Source: Auanema rhodensis (Eukaryota; Animalia; Nematoda). From it: a stretch of DNA of 64,000 nucleotides. The notes beneath the pieces were generated by a model that was not told where the DNA came from, searched no databases, and worked only from the letters and a program-made list of their open reading frames with translations. How positions within the stretch are numbered: position 1 is the first letter of the stretch; the number at the start of each line of letters is the position of its first letter. Positions 12,025-25,420 of the stretch are shown one piece after another. Location of the stretch: NCBI GenBank assembly GCA_964057225.1, contig OZ059895.1, positions 7,316,001-7,380,000 on the forward strand, in the 5' to 3' direction. Made by a program: the position numbers and the translations under genes.

Positions 12025-15000
12025 ATGGAGAGGGAGCGCAGCCTCTCAGCCTCATCATCGGACTCATGGTCCGTTATAGATCATAGAGTGAGTTTCTTTC
12101 TTTTTTCAAATAAATATTTCAAAGCTCTATAGTTTCAAAAACAGAAAAAAAATATTCTGTGATACAATAGAAGTAACAAAGAATTTACTTTTACAAATAA
12201 CCATTTTTTCTTTCTTTCTTTTTTTTCCGTTAAACCATATGCACAAACATTTCTTCAGTTTTTTTTTATTTTTTGACATTTTTCGGAGAAAAAAAAGATA
12301 TTTTGATGGTCAATTGATTATATAATATTTATTTAATATTATAAATAGTATATATATATATATATAGAAAATATTGATTTGTTATTTTCAATCAAACTGA
12401 GCAATGATTTGCAATATACAACTTCTGCTTTCTGTTCGTTGTTCGAGTTGTTTTGAGCAAAATGCAGTTAAATGTTTTTTTTCAAATTAGTTCTGACACA
12501 AATATTTTGGAATTATATATTTATACTAACTATTTCAGAGAACATCATCATGTGATGATTCAGATGATGGAGAACAGAGTATAAACTTGAGTATGGATGG
12601 TGATCATGCTGTTATTGTTGATGAAGCATTCGTACCTTCTTATGATGAAGATGACGACGATGTAATAGACGAATCGGATATGGATATAGATTCTGATATT
12701 GAAGTTGCTCATGAAGAGAGTGATGACGATGACGAAAATGATGAACTTGAGGAACTTGATGAAACTCAAGATGAAGATAGTGATGATGATTCTGAAACCG
12801 ATCAAGATGAAGATGATAATGACGAGGAAGAGGAACTAGAAAAAAACAAAAAGAGAGAAGTAGAAGAGGATGATGAAGAAGAAGAAAAAGAAGAAGAAGA
12901 AGAAGAAGAAATTGAAGTCCAATCCGAGGAATGTTATTCCACAGATGAAGATGAAACTGAATCCGTTTGGGTAAACCGTGAAGATATCAGAGATAGTGGA
13001 GGACTTTACTTTGAATGTCCTGAACATATTAAATCTTCCTTTGATGAAATAGGTTTGTTTATACAACTTTATTTTCTTTACTATATGTATAATTAGATCG
13101 TAAAGAAGGATGGAAATTGATTGCACGTGCAATTCTATTCTATTTGGGAATGGTTGGTGCTTCTCTGGTGCTTCAAGCTGGCTGGCAAATGTATAAGAAG
13201 GAGATGCCTGAACCAGTAAGTAACTTTAATAGATCTTCTATTTAGTTTTATAACATATTTCTTCAAATAAAATAAATTATTTATAGGATTATCCTGTGTT
13301 AGTTGTCGATATCTATGGTCTGCAGTACCATGGAATCGGCGTTGACGTTCAAGATATGTCGTTCAGTGTATGTTTTATTGTTTTTTTTTCTTCTAGTAAT
13401 TGTTATTTAAATTTTCTATTTCTTTTTTTTTCAGAGATCCTCATCAGCTGTCTGTCCAACAAGAGAGTATATTAGTAATGTAAAATTAAATTTTAACATT
13501 TTTTTTGAAAAAAATATAAAATACTTCAGACTTCTCGTTGTCAGCAAAGAAGACACTCATGGAGATCTGCTCTGCTAGCCATGCGTGCAAATAGAAAATC
13601 TGGAAAAGAATGGGCTTCTGAGGTACATTAACAGCTTTTATTTTATTAAAATTATATAATATTATATGAATATTATTATACATATATATATATATACTTA
13701 TAATATTGAGTGATATATAGCCATTGGCTAATATTTTCTTCTGAGACATATGCCTTTATTCACATAAATGTCATTGATTTACCGATGGCTGCTTACAGAT
13801 TCCTTCTGGCTTCTCATCTCACATTACCTTCTCTAGTGATATGTATTTACGACGAAATAATTCCCGTTTTGAGGTAAGAACTTCATATTATTCATCAGAA
13901 GTTTGAAATATATCTTCTTCTTCAGGTATTATCAAGACTTGTACAAAGCCGTCCTAATAGTTCTTCTCACATCTCAACATTCACCAGAATCACACGATCA
14001 ACATTGACTGTTGGCACAAATTCTTCCAGTTTCTGTCCAAGATGGTCAACTCCTGCATTGACTCGTCCAATGTTAAGACGTGCACCATCTATTCAATCAA
14101 TGCCACAAGTTGCTGCTGCTCGTCGCCAAGCTAAACTAGTTGAGCATGTCTGTGTATGTAATTTTCAATCTAATCAAACTTTCTGACCTTTCAATCAAAA
14201 ATTTCTAATCTGAACCTCATGTGATATTGATATTCAGTTCTTTGTCACATCATCAACATCTCTTACTCATTCTCTCATACACAATCTTTGTTTCTCTGTT
14301 TCGTTCTTTACTCTCTGTATCCCTGACGTTCAAAAATTTCTTAAGCTCCTCCCACTGAGCCTTATCTGGATAACCTGGTGTTCATTTAGTATAGTATGTC
14401 TCGCAACTAGTAGCGTCGTTTATGAGCTGACCTACTTTGTTTAAGCTTTTAACGCCATTTACAGTTAATGTTCTCATTTATTAATTCATCTTAATCCTTT
14501 TTAAAATTTAAAATTGAACTTTAATATTGATTACGTATAGTTTATTTTCTTATTTTCATTATTTTAGGTTAGACCGAAATCCAATAAGGCCGTACGGGCT
14601 TTTGCCCAAGTACGGGGCCCTACTCGTCCACCAACGAGCTTCGCTCAACGGGTTTGTCTAAATATTTTCTTAAAATCTTAATGAATATGTTATTTTTAGA
14701 TGAAGTCTTTACCGAAAACAAGGGTCACATCTAAATGTCTAAGAGCACCTGTACAAATTCCAAAGAAATGCTCAAAGAAGCCACCGATGTTATTCCAAAC
14801 AACGCGTCGTATTCGATTAGCAAAACCTAATATTTTGATTGCTCCCCCACGCAATAGAATAACTATGCCAAAGAATAACATCTCAACTATCAGTTCGCCA
14901 AGCTGTGCCATCAAGAAGTCTAAAAGATTATCATCATGGACTTCAAGACATAATAATGTAAGTATTATTATTATATTAAAACTATATACATATATATCTT

Positions 15001-16026
15001 AACTATATGTCTTTATAGCCGGTTCCTAAACCCTCGGTAACTCGACCATTACTCCCAAGAACCTATAAGGCACCAAAACCAAAAACTTACGCTGTTGGAC
15101 CTGTTCATCAGAGAAGTCTAGCTCCATGTGTTCCTAAGGTAAATTATTTCATATTATTAATCTTAATTATATATATTTATTCTAGAAATCTGTTATTCCA
15201 TCATTCAAAAAACCAAAAGTTCTATACCATGAACAAGCATATATATCATCATTTGAGGTAAAGCATTAGATACAAATTGATTACATTTTATTGAAAATAT
15301 CTCATCAATCTATTAATATATTATATTGTTGATTATATGAATATAGTTACTATAGTAACTATAAATTAATATTTTAATCGAATGATACAAAATTGGAAAC
15401 AATGATGATTTATCCGATTAAGGATTAAAGAATATTATACATATATGTTTATATAAATATATAATTAATTCTAATTATTGTAGAAATCAAATAATGTTTT
15501 ATATGGAACTAATACTAATAAGACCAAACATTATGGACAATGTGGTAACAGATTCTGGAAAAAGAGAAAGAATCAAATGAATCAGAGACATAGAGAAAGC
15601 CGAAAAGAAATTGATCATAAGCTACCTGTTCCATGTGCAGCTAAATACAGTATGTTTTATATATATTATATATTATATATTATATATATATTAAAGATTA
15701 TTATATAAAATTTTGATTCTAGAACTTGAATCATCACTCGTTGCTCGTAAGCGATACAATGTAGCTGAAATCCGTTTACAATCAAATTACAAGTATCAAG
15801 GAAAAACGTATAATTCTTCTATTATTAGGTAAGTTATAAATAAATAAATAATATTAAATTATTTTATATAATTTTCAGAAAAGGATATAAGAAGATGAAG
15901 AAGGATATTATCCCATCTAAAAAGATTGTACAACCAAAATGTCATTTTGATTCTCGCCCACGTAAACATCATGAGTGGAAATTAAAACAAATGGCAAAAT
16001 ATCATTCTCATACATCTATCTTCTAA
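12025..16026 (+). CDS. Single-pass type II membrane protein: acidic N-terminus with LIR/FIR-like motifs, one TM helix, long basic C-terminus (CCPG1/PBXIP1-like architecture)
   Basis: About 15 in-frame exons with canonical splice sites. MERERSLSASSSDSWSVIDHR, then a D/E-rich exon containing DSDIEV, TM ...WKLIARAILFYLGMVGASLVLQAGWQMYKK, R/K/P/S-rich exons, ending ...HSHTSIF* at 16024-16026. Confidence 0.8.
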
Positions 16027-17090
16027 GTAAATTCAGAATATTTATATATCATTATATTATTATAATGATATCATAATTATTCTTTTAATACTTTTTTTTT
16101 AATTCAATCAATATAATTTCTTCCATCTATGAGCGTATAATGCGTTTGCCTCTTCTCCTTCATCATCTCCTTGTGTCCTTTATCGAAATTTCTTTCATTA
16201 TCCAATTATTATTCAGTTTTACCGTATTATACGGAACAAACGTGACCATATTTGGTTACAAAGGAAGCATTGATTCGATGTTTTATGTGTACAGAAACTT
16301 ATAATATTCTCATTTTTTCGGAAACAACAAAAGTCTCCTGAAACAGAAATTCCAAAAAAAATGTTCCAAAAAATATTATTTTTCGTTCATCCACATGTAA
16401 ACCTAGCTAACAATAACTATAGTTGTGGTTTCTGATACCGATCCCAGTAAGTATTCAGATTCCAATATGGAAATTTCAAGAACTTTTCTTGAATTGTTTC
16501 CTCTCTCCTTTCCCTATCCATTCAACTTTTTCTTACCCTTTCTTTACTTACAAAGGTGTAACTGCTCTGAACGCACTCTAAAATGTTTTCTGTATAACAG
16601 AGCCTCCTTCACTCAGATGATTTCGTTTTTGTAAAACAAAAAATTTTTTTCTTTCATTTATATACTGTACAAATCTATTTTTTCTTCTTCATACGAGTGA
16701 AGGAGGAAACATACAATAGAAGGTACTCTGCTGTGTCCAGTAGGCAGTTTATCAATTTCTTCAAAGCCAATCATCATTATCAAGCTTTTCACGCATGGAT
16801 TTCAAAAAAGTTCAACTTACAAACACAATGTTTCAAGGAGATCCTTCCGTTCGTCATTAGTAGTGTCAACGGTCGTGTAAGCTTAACATCTTTCGAAATT
16901 ATTCTTCAATAGTAGTTATTCTATATAATTTCGAAAGAAATGATGATTGTGTCTTCAATATTTCTTTATATTCATTATTTGGAAGAAAAGAAAAAAGAAA
17001 ATTCAAAACCATTCACTTACCAGAATATTCTGGTATTATTAAAGTTCTTATTAACAAAGAAAAAGAAGAAGAAGAAGAACAAAGATGTTT

Positions 17091-17177
17091 ATTTAATGTC
17101 TTTTACTAGCTATATAGTATAATATTAGTTATATAAACTATTATATATAACTATATATATAGTAAAAGATATTAAAT
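17091..17177. repeat. Short AT-rich inverted repeat (18-bp arms, one mismatch)
   Basis: ATTTAATGTCTTTTACTA (17091-17108) versus TAGTAAAAGATATTAAAT (17160-17177). Confidence 0.6.
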
Positions 17178-18013
17178 ATTTAATTAATTATGTATAAAAT
17201 GTTTTTTTGTTCGTTTCTTAATTCAACTTCTTTGATCTATAATACATAACTATATGTATATTTGATAATTTCTTTTTTTTTATGAACAATTTGTATATAA
17301 TCATGTATATATTGATGTATGATTAGTGTATATATATACTGTATATGTATAGTTAAATTCCTTGATACCTCAGTTGCTTTCGTTTATCTTCAATTCACAT
17401 AAAGCTTACTTGATTTTCTTATTATGTAAAGTCTCACAATCTTGCTCTACAATTAAATCTTTCTCTTATATTTTATGTTTCTCTCTATCTCTCTCTCTCT
17501 CTTACTCTTTCTCTCTCTCTCTCCGTTGGTTATTTGGAGCCCGGTAGTAGATTTTATCTGTAGAATACGTCTAGTGGTCAATAAATTGTTAGATCAAACA
17601 AAAAATATATTATGCTAACTATATGTATATATTATAAAATTAATAATTGAAATATTTCATTATGGATAATAGGTATTAACTATTAGTAGGAATACATATC
17701 TTGGACTAAAAATATATTAAGAGATATCTCATTTTCTATTGGAAATGTCATCAGTTTATATATATATATAGAAGAATTAGTTAATACATAGTTAAGTAAG
17801 AAATAATAATTTATATACAGTGTGAGCAGACTCAAGAATGTGATGAATAAGAGCATCACGTGAATCCCGTTCAAATGGTTGGTAGTAAATGAAAGTTATT
17901 TAAAAAAAAAAGAAATTACAAATATAACAAGTAGATTCTGAAATAGCTTCAGGTTACAAATCCTTCATCATATAGATTGAAGAGAGATCTCTTCGTCATC
18001 TTCCTTCTCTTCT

Positions 18014-18637
18014 CTAGACGAATGCTTCTTTCTCAGTTTTCGTTTTCTTATTATGACCAAATAAGACGAAGAAATAAAACCAAAGAATAACTGAACATAG
18101 TCCAGTTAGTGCCACTGCCACAATCAGAAAAAGCAAAAAGCTGAAAAAAGAAAATTTGAATTCTCAAATGTTTTCTATATAATTCAATCATCTCGCTCAA
18201 CACAAGCGATCGATGTACTTTATGATCACAGTGATCGAAGAAGAAATAGGGTGAGAGAAGTCGACTACATCTAACATCGTATACGTAGCGTTCGTGGTGT
18301 AATGGTCAGCATGGATGCCTTCCAAGCATTCGACGGGGGTTCGATTCCCCCCGAACGCAGTACATTTTTTCTTTTTCAATTTTTTTATAAATTACATTAA
18401 AGTAAACTTTGTTACTTTTTACAGACAAAAGAAAGCAATAAACTTCGTTTAAACAATAAAGTTCAATAATTTCACAAATTTAAACTGTTTCATAGCAGTG
18501 CAAAGGTACTTTTACTACAAGTACGTTCCGAAAATTCTCTATTTCTTTCATTGAATTTAAAATTTTACAAACCTCATTACAAATTCTTGAGAAGGACTCA
18601 GTGTAGCTGATAGAGCTTCAACTTCGACAGCTTCCAT
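18014..18637 (-). CDS. Two-exon 63-aa single-pass membrane microprotein: MEAVEVEALSATLSPSQEFVMSFLLFLIVAVALTGLCSVILWFYFFVLFGHNKKTKTEKEAFV
   Basis: TTTTAG acceptor 9 nt before AATCATG. Exon 1 is 18637-18573 with a GTTTGT donor; exon 2 is 18140-18014 after TTTTTTCAG. Phases match. Long hydrophobic stretch followed by a basic tail. Confidence 0.75.
18288..18359 (+). tRNA. tRNA-Gly (anticodon TCC)
   Basis: 72-nt cloverleaf GCGTTCG...CGAACGCA, A box TGGTGTAATGG, anticodon TCC at 18321-18323, B box GGTTCGATTCC, T-run Pol III terminator just downstream. Confidence 0.98.
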
Positions 18638-19206
18638 GATTTTAGACTAAAACATAACTTTGAACGATCAAACACAAATATTAAAAAGTCGATAAAATAT
18701 AATCGGACTAAAAGGAAATGAATGAAAAAAACTAAAAATAGATGTCAAATAGCAAATAAAATGTAAATTTTTAAAAATTTATACAGTATTATCGGATAAC
18801 ATTGAAATAGATTATAATGATATGACTAATGGCATGAAAACTAATTGAAATATGGAAAAAGGGATTGGAGGAAGAAGGAACAGGACCAGATGAGGATGGA
18901 GCAGGAAACAAGAGAAAAGATGCAATTGAAGTGTCACTTGGTTCTTACACATCATAAACTTAGCAGTGCATATGCTATTCAATAAATTCTTATTATAATA
19001 TCTTCAGTTTTTAAAATAATTTAAGAAAAAAAAATTGTCATCGAATCAAATAATGGATGGAAAAGTATGATGAAGCTTGAGTACACTCAGTTTAATTCAC
19101 GTAAAACATTGTCGAAAAGAGCGAGCGGAACAAAATTTATGAAAAACGAGGAAAATATTTTAGTTGAAAAAGGGAAAAAGAAACAAAAAAAAGTTTCATC
19201 ATTTGG

Positions 19207-19237
<31 letters not shown>

Positions 19238-21648
19238 AGATGATGTTAGAGGTGATGACGTTGAGCACGATAGATTTTCGATGATGTTGACCAGAACAAA
19301 CGAAAATAGAGATGAGAGATATGGAACGAAGAAAAAGAGTTTAAAATTGACTGAATTAATATAGAAAATTGGAAAAGAAAGAAAATAATTATTTCAAAAA
19401 TAAAAAAAAATAATTATAAAATTAAATTTAAATGGAAAATTTACAAAGTTTCTATGAAAGCAAAATAAACGAAAATACATACATATGTAGCCTCAGGCTC
19501 TAGGATATGAACAAGATTTTCTTTATTCAAAACTTACACACAAAACCATGCAACAAGCTTTCGTCGTTGTCGTTTGGTTTCAAATATTCATCGACACTTA
19601 GTAGCACGTGGACGACAATCCAATGAGAGAAAATGAGAAAAAGCTGAGGATTTGAATAACAAGAGAGATGCTGAGAAAGAAACTAATAGAGAGAGAAAGA
19701 GAGAAAGAGAGAGAGAAAATGAAAAGGAGAAGTTTAAGAAACTATAATGTTCATCCGTGACAACTTACAAATTGAACTAAATTAAATAATATTACATAAC
19801 TATATCAATATAATTAAATTCACAAATCAAGTATCATAATGTAGAGGTAATAGTAGAAACAGGTTTAAATTGTTGTTTTCAATACAAAAAAACATCAATT
19901 TATTTAAAATAAATATAAATTCGTCAAGAAGTGATTTTTGATTCAATTCAAAAGATCAAATAAACTTCTTAAAGTACAACTATTACTTGTATGTATATAA
20001 GATGAGAAAGAATGAGAATGTTCAAGATATAGAGAGATGAGAAAGAACAGAGAGAGAGAGAGAGAGAGAAGAAGAAGAAAGAGAGGGAGAGGATGGAATT
20101 CACAATTCGGCAATTAGCTATTTTATGAACTTATCGATTTTTTTAAACAAAAATGGACAATATTATTAATCAATATATACGATATATAGTAAAAAGAAAC
20201 AAGTTTTAACCATTTTTTTCTTCAAATTTTAATTTTAAAAAAACTATTTAAAAGCTTTAATTTTGATTATATGTGGAAGGAAATAACACTGTATGTACAG
20301 TTACGAACGAAAAAAAAAGTAAAAGAAGTCTCACTCACGTTAGATTGAACGGTCAATATGTCTTTGTTGGAAATGAGACTTGGGAAGAAATGAATGACGC
20401 GGTCAAATTATAAAAAAAAAAGAAAAAAAAGAGAAAAATAGAATTGAATAAAGTATATATTATATGAATTAAACTATTAAAGAAATACAATTAGAAATCA
20501 AAAAAAAGAATGATTTAACATGAAAAATAAAGAAAAAAACGATTTATTTCATTTTTACTTAGAACAGAAATGACGATAAGGAAGAACGGAGTACGAAGGA
20601 ATGAGGGGAAGGAAAGAAGATCTGTCAGTATGTACTCGTTATAGTACTAATGTAGGTGTATGCAAATGGAAAAAGTAAGAAATATAAGGAAAAACTAATC
20701 TGTATTTACGTTTACAAGGACATTTTGTATGAGATTACAATGTAAAATCCAATATGAAATAGAAAGTTAAGTCATTCAAACGTGTAAATCTGATATATTA
20801 AAGTTTCCTGTCTGTCTCTCTCTCTCTTTTACTCTTTCTTGCTTTCTCTTACTCTCTTCTCTCTTCTCTTCTCATTTACTATAAATAAATAAATAAATAT
20901 ATATATATATATATATATTAATACGTAATACAAGTTATATATAAATATATAATATAATACTATTTTCAAAGATTTTCTGGAATGTACCGATGTTTAGTGA
21001 CGAAACTGGTATCCACCACATCAGCTGTAGCAAGACGAAAGTTTGAATGCTCCTAAGCCGAATGCTAGATAGAATCAGATATTCAAATTGCCGATTAACG
21101 ACGACGTCGACGACGATGCAAATCTTATTTCCGATGTTAAAGTCGTAGTCAGAAGATCTTCACACAAAAGTATTTGAATGAGAAAAATTTGGTGAATATG
21201 AAGACGTGAGTTGATGATGGTCATGAGTAGGCAGGCCGGCTACATACATACGTCAATTGAATGTAAAGTCGGAAGGTGCAGAAGAAAGGAAATGCTGCTA
21301 CATCGGGAACAGAATTTAAAATTCGTTTTGAATACATGCAACATGATAAATTCAAAAAAGGTCCTGGCAACTGACTTTTGGACATTTCTGACCAACAACG
21401 TCTCCGAAGAAGATGTTCCAAAGATGAACAAAGATGCTAAAGATGTGAAAAATAAAATTTCTTTTCAAGAATACCAGAGAATGAGATTTTATTTTTATTA
21501 TCATATATGTATTTCTTTGAAAATATTGAATATTTGATAGAATGAAAACAAGGAAAATAGCAGAAATAAAGTTTTTTTATTGATATTGATTGGATAGTCA
21601 AACAAACAAATAGAGATGTATGCTATATTACATATAGTATTAAGATAA

Positions 21649-21687
<39 letters not shown>

Positions 21688-24196
21688 AAAAGAAGGAAGG
21701 AAGATGATATAAGGTATGTGTGTTCTGATATTATGTATTGAAAAAGAAATATTTCTGACGAATACTAAAGATAAATATTTATAAATTTATCTATCTATGT
21801 ATATTTTACGAAGCTTATATTAAGAATAGTATAGTTTATAGATTGAATGTCAATTTGTGATGTGATTCTATAGATTACATGATCATTTCATGATGAGACA
21901 TTACATATAATTTAACATATTTGATGTGAAAATCATGAAATGTTAAATATTTTTGTATTTGTAAATCAATCATAATAATAGTTTTGTATTTTGCTTGAAT
22001 AAAGATTTTTTTTTGTTCTTTTACTATATGATATAGTTAATTAGAAATATTTTTTTATAATAAAATACAAATAATATTTATAATTAATCTCACACATTGA
22101 TATAAGTTTCTCATTCAACTTAAATGGTATATACATGGGAATGACCGATAGTATTTGGCACGTGCCATGAACACATATTCCACGTTCTCAACTTGAGTGG
22201 AACATTAAGGCTGAGAGAATTTCGACTTCTCATAGATGATGTTGTTCACATCGATTATATCACATGGTTAAGAAAAAATTAGTCAAACTGAACATATACC
22301 TAACTTCAGTTTGCAGATGTTGCTTCTACTCATGATGATGATGATGATGGTGATGATAGTATCATTGTTAATTATTCATTATATAGTTAATTCAATGTTT
22401 TCTTTAACCATATTTATTTCAATTTTTGTAAAAAATATATTTTTTGACAAAAAAATTGAACGAATTGACTCTTTCTATTGAAGTCAATCTCACTTACTGC
22501 CTCAAATATTTCGTTTCCGTTTTCATTACACCTATTTCTAAATCTATATAAAAATACATAAAAGTTATGATATAAATTAATATAAAATAAAATAAATTTT
22601 TATCTAAATTTATTTTTTTAAAAATAATTTTATTATTATATTTATATTATCTTTGACTCATTTTTTTTTCATTTTCACCACATTAATCACTATGAAATTT
22701 TCAAAATTGTTTCTTCTTATCTTCTGTATGTGCCGGTCCTATCTGTTTTTTTTTACGAGAAAAAAAAAGGGTTCATCTTCTATCAGCTTCAATTGACTTC
22801 TTTCACCTTTGTACATTGTTTCATTTCTATTTATTATTATTATTATATTATATTATTTAAATTTATAAAGTATAGTATAATCAAAGTATAAGAAAGTATA
22901 TTTTACTTTATAATTTCAACATCATCATCATCATCATCATCTATTTATTTTATTTTCTTAATTTTATATTTTAATTCCTTTTTTAATAGTTAAATATATT
23001 ATATATTTAACTTATATCATATACATACATATACATAAGATGTTGAACAATGAGGAACACTGTTCCTTAAATCATTTTCAGTGTTTCAAAATCTTATGTA
23101 TGTAGAAAAGAGGGAGGAGTATATGACTACTGATAAAGAATCTCTCTCTCTCTCTCTTTTTCTCTTCCGTTCTTTTACTTTTTCTGAATACTTTTTTATT
23201 CTCATAGATTTATCGTTATATGTATATATGATATACTAGTTTTCTTATTCTTTTTCTATATTTCATATGTTCATTATTCACTTTTTCTATTCGACCCCTC
23301 ATACTTTTTCTCTCTAATACTCTCTTGTACGTTAATGTTACGAACAGAAGCATTTCACGGCATTTCCTTTCATATCTATCTGATAATTATACAAGAAGGC
23401 ATGAATTAATGACCAAAATTTACAATCACTATCAATAACTGATTGAAATGACATGATAGACATTCCAAATAAGCTTTTTAGATGTTCTCTAATCCTCTTT
23501 GATTAAACTTTTTCATATTTTGTACCACAAATATGGAGTTGTATGGAGATGTTAGCTACTGAATCTGTCTTCTCTACTACTATTCATTATCTCATTTTCA
23601 TCTTTTCACACTCTCGTCTCTATATTTCTGGTTTACTTACGCATTAACCGACAAAGCTTCTGCCGACAATGCATCTGATTGTCTGACAGAGCCTGAACTC
23701 TGTCAGGTGTGCTTGTTTGTTCATCGAAAACAGTTTCTACTTGCAATAGGCTTGAAGTTTGCTTTTAGGTCTTCCGGCACAACTGTTTCCGGCTATGTAC
23801 CAGCCTGAACATGTGCCAGTGCTTTAGCATTGATCATGAACACAAAAATGGAAACAAAGCGTATCGTCGGCTTTTTTTGCATGTTTGATGTTCGGTTAAG
23901 ACATTGAGACGTAAACTGAAAAGTCGGCACACGTGCCCCTCACACTCTTTCATGTTTTGCCGACCATTCTTTGCTTCTCTACTCACTCTACAGTTTCTAC
24001 AATCATTTTGTACTTCTTTTCAGTATGTGACTCAAGCTGGATAGCTCATATCCAATTTGATTCATTCAGATGTTCTCTTCGAGAGAGTAGGGCAACTACA
24101 AATTACATCTGATTACCCTTCTTTCCGTTTTCAATTCGTTTTCTTCTTCGATGTTTTCTATCTAAAAAATATCCGAATTAAGTTGCTTTTTTCAGA

Positions 24197-25164
24197 ATGA
24201 TCTCCGATACTGAATTGATCAATCATCATCAAATGACTGCACAACTTCTGAATACTACACCCCCTCTCAAAGAAACGTAAGAGAAGCTACATGTACTTGT
24301 TATCAATACAATCTTTGCAGCTTTTGTGATGCTCTCCTTTTACCTGGAAAATCTTATGATATTCCATCACCTAGTCTTGATGGTAGCTTTTCATTCATGC
24401 AGCCACAATCTGCTTGGACATCTCTAAACTCAACTCCCACACCATCAGCATCCACAATCTGTTATCCACCAGTGGTAAGCTAAATCGCTCTAATATCCCT
24501 TAACTATAATAATTTATTTAAGCAAGTTATGTATGGAATGATGCCTTATTGGATGATGTCTCCAACACTTACAACACCATCTAATCTTCTAACACCAACA
24601 GCTTCCACGAATAGCACGACGTCATCAGTTTCTGCTTCTCCAGCAATTGTATCAAGGCCTCACACAGAACCATTATATGAATGGATGAGAAATCACGAAA
24701 AGGATCCATATCCAACAAGACGTGAGAAGGAATTTCTCGGTCGCATCTGTGGCATGACATCTCGACAGGTTTGTTTTGAAAACTTTTTTTTACATGAAAA
24801 AAAAACAAATTTCTAGAACATTTGTCTAACGAAAACATCTTTTTTAGATTGAGCATTGGTTTGCTAACGCTCGCCGACGAATGAAAAAGATGAATAACTC
24901 GAAAAGACTTCGTTCATCACTTGGATCAACAGAGTACGGTCCAGAAAAAGATGGTTCGTTATTACTTTATATATTATTATATTATAAATTATAAAATTTA
25001 TAGATGATTCTACTTCTCTTCTCACGTCATCATTTTCATCATCATCCTCTTCGGAAGGCGATGTCATAGTGCGATCCTCATCATCTATTACGGAAAAACT
25101 GAATAGTGAGCCGGAAATCAAAAAATCTAAAGGCATCTGGTCGATAATTAGCACATTACAGTAA
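24197..25164 (+). CDS. Divergent TALE-class homeobox protein (Iroquois/Mohawk type), 5 exons
   Basis: Spliced homeodomain ...HTEPLYEWMRNHEKDPYPTRREKEFLGRICGMTSRQ|IEHWFANARRRMKK has the PYP TALE loop and WFANARRR (Ala50). C-terminal KKSKGIWSII resembles the IRO box. Confidence 0.9.
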
Positions 25165-25420
25165 TCAGCTATACTGATATATGCTTTTACTCATAGATCA
25201 TAAATCTCATTTTCGTTATAAGACCAATTTTTAAACGTTTCATTTAATTAAGTGTGCTGCTGTGATGATCTCATTATTCTAATTGTCTCATTCTATTGTA
25301 TATATTTATTAATTTTATAATATTGCATGTGTAAGAAAGAACAAATGTTTAAGCTATTAATATTATTTAAAAAATAAATTTCTAATAACTATATTGTTTA
25401 TTCTTTTTAATTTAATTTCT

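Noticed and set aside
20970-21537. Moderately GC-rich block with three overlapping ORFs
   Set aside because: No recognisable protein, transposase or RNA fold; probably regulatory
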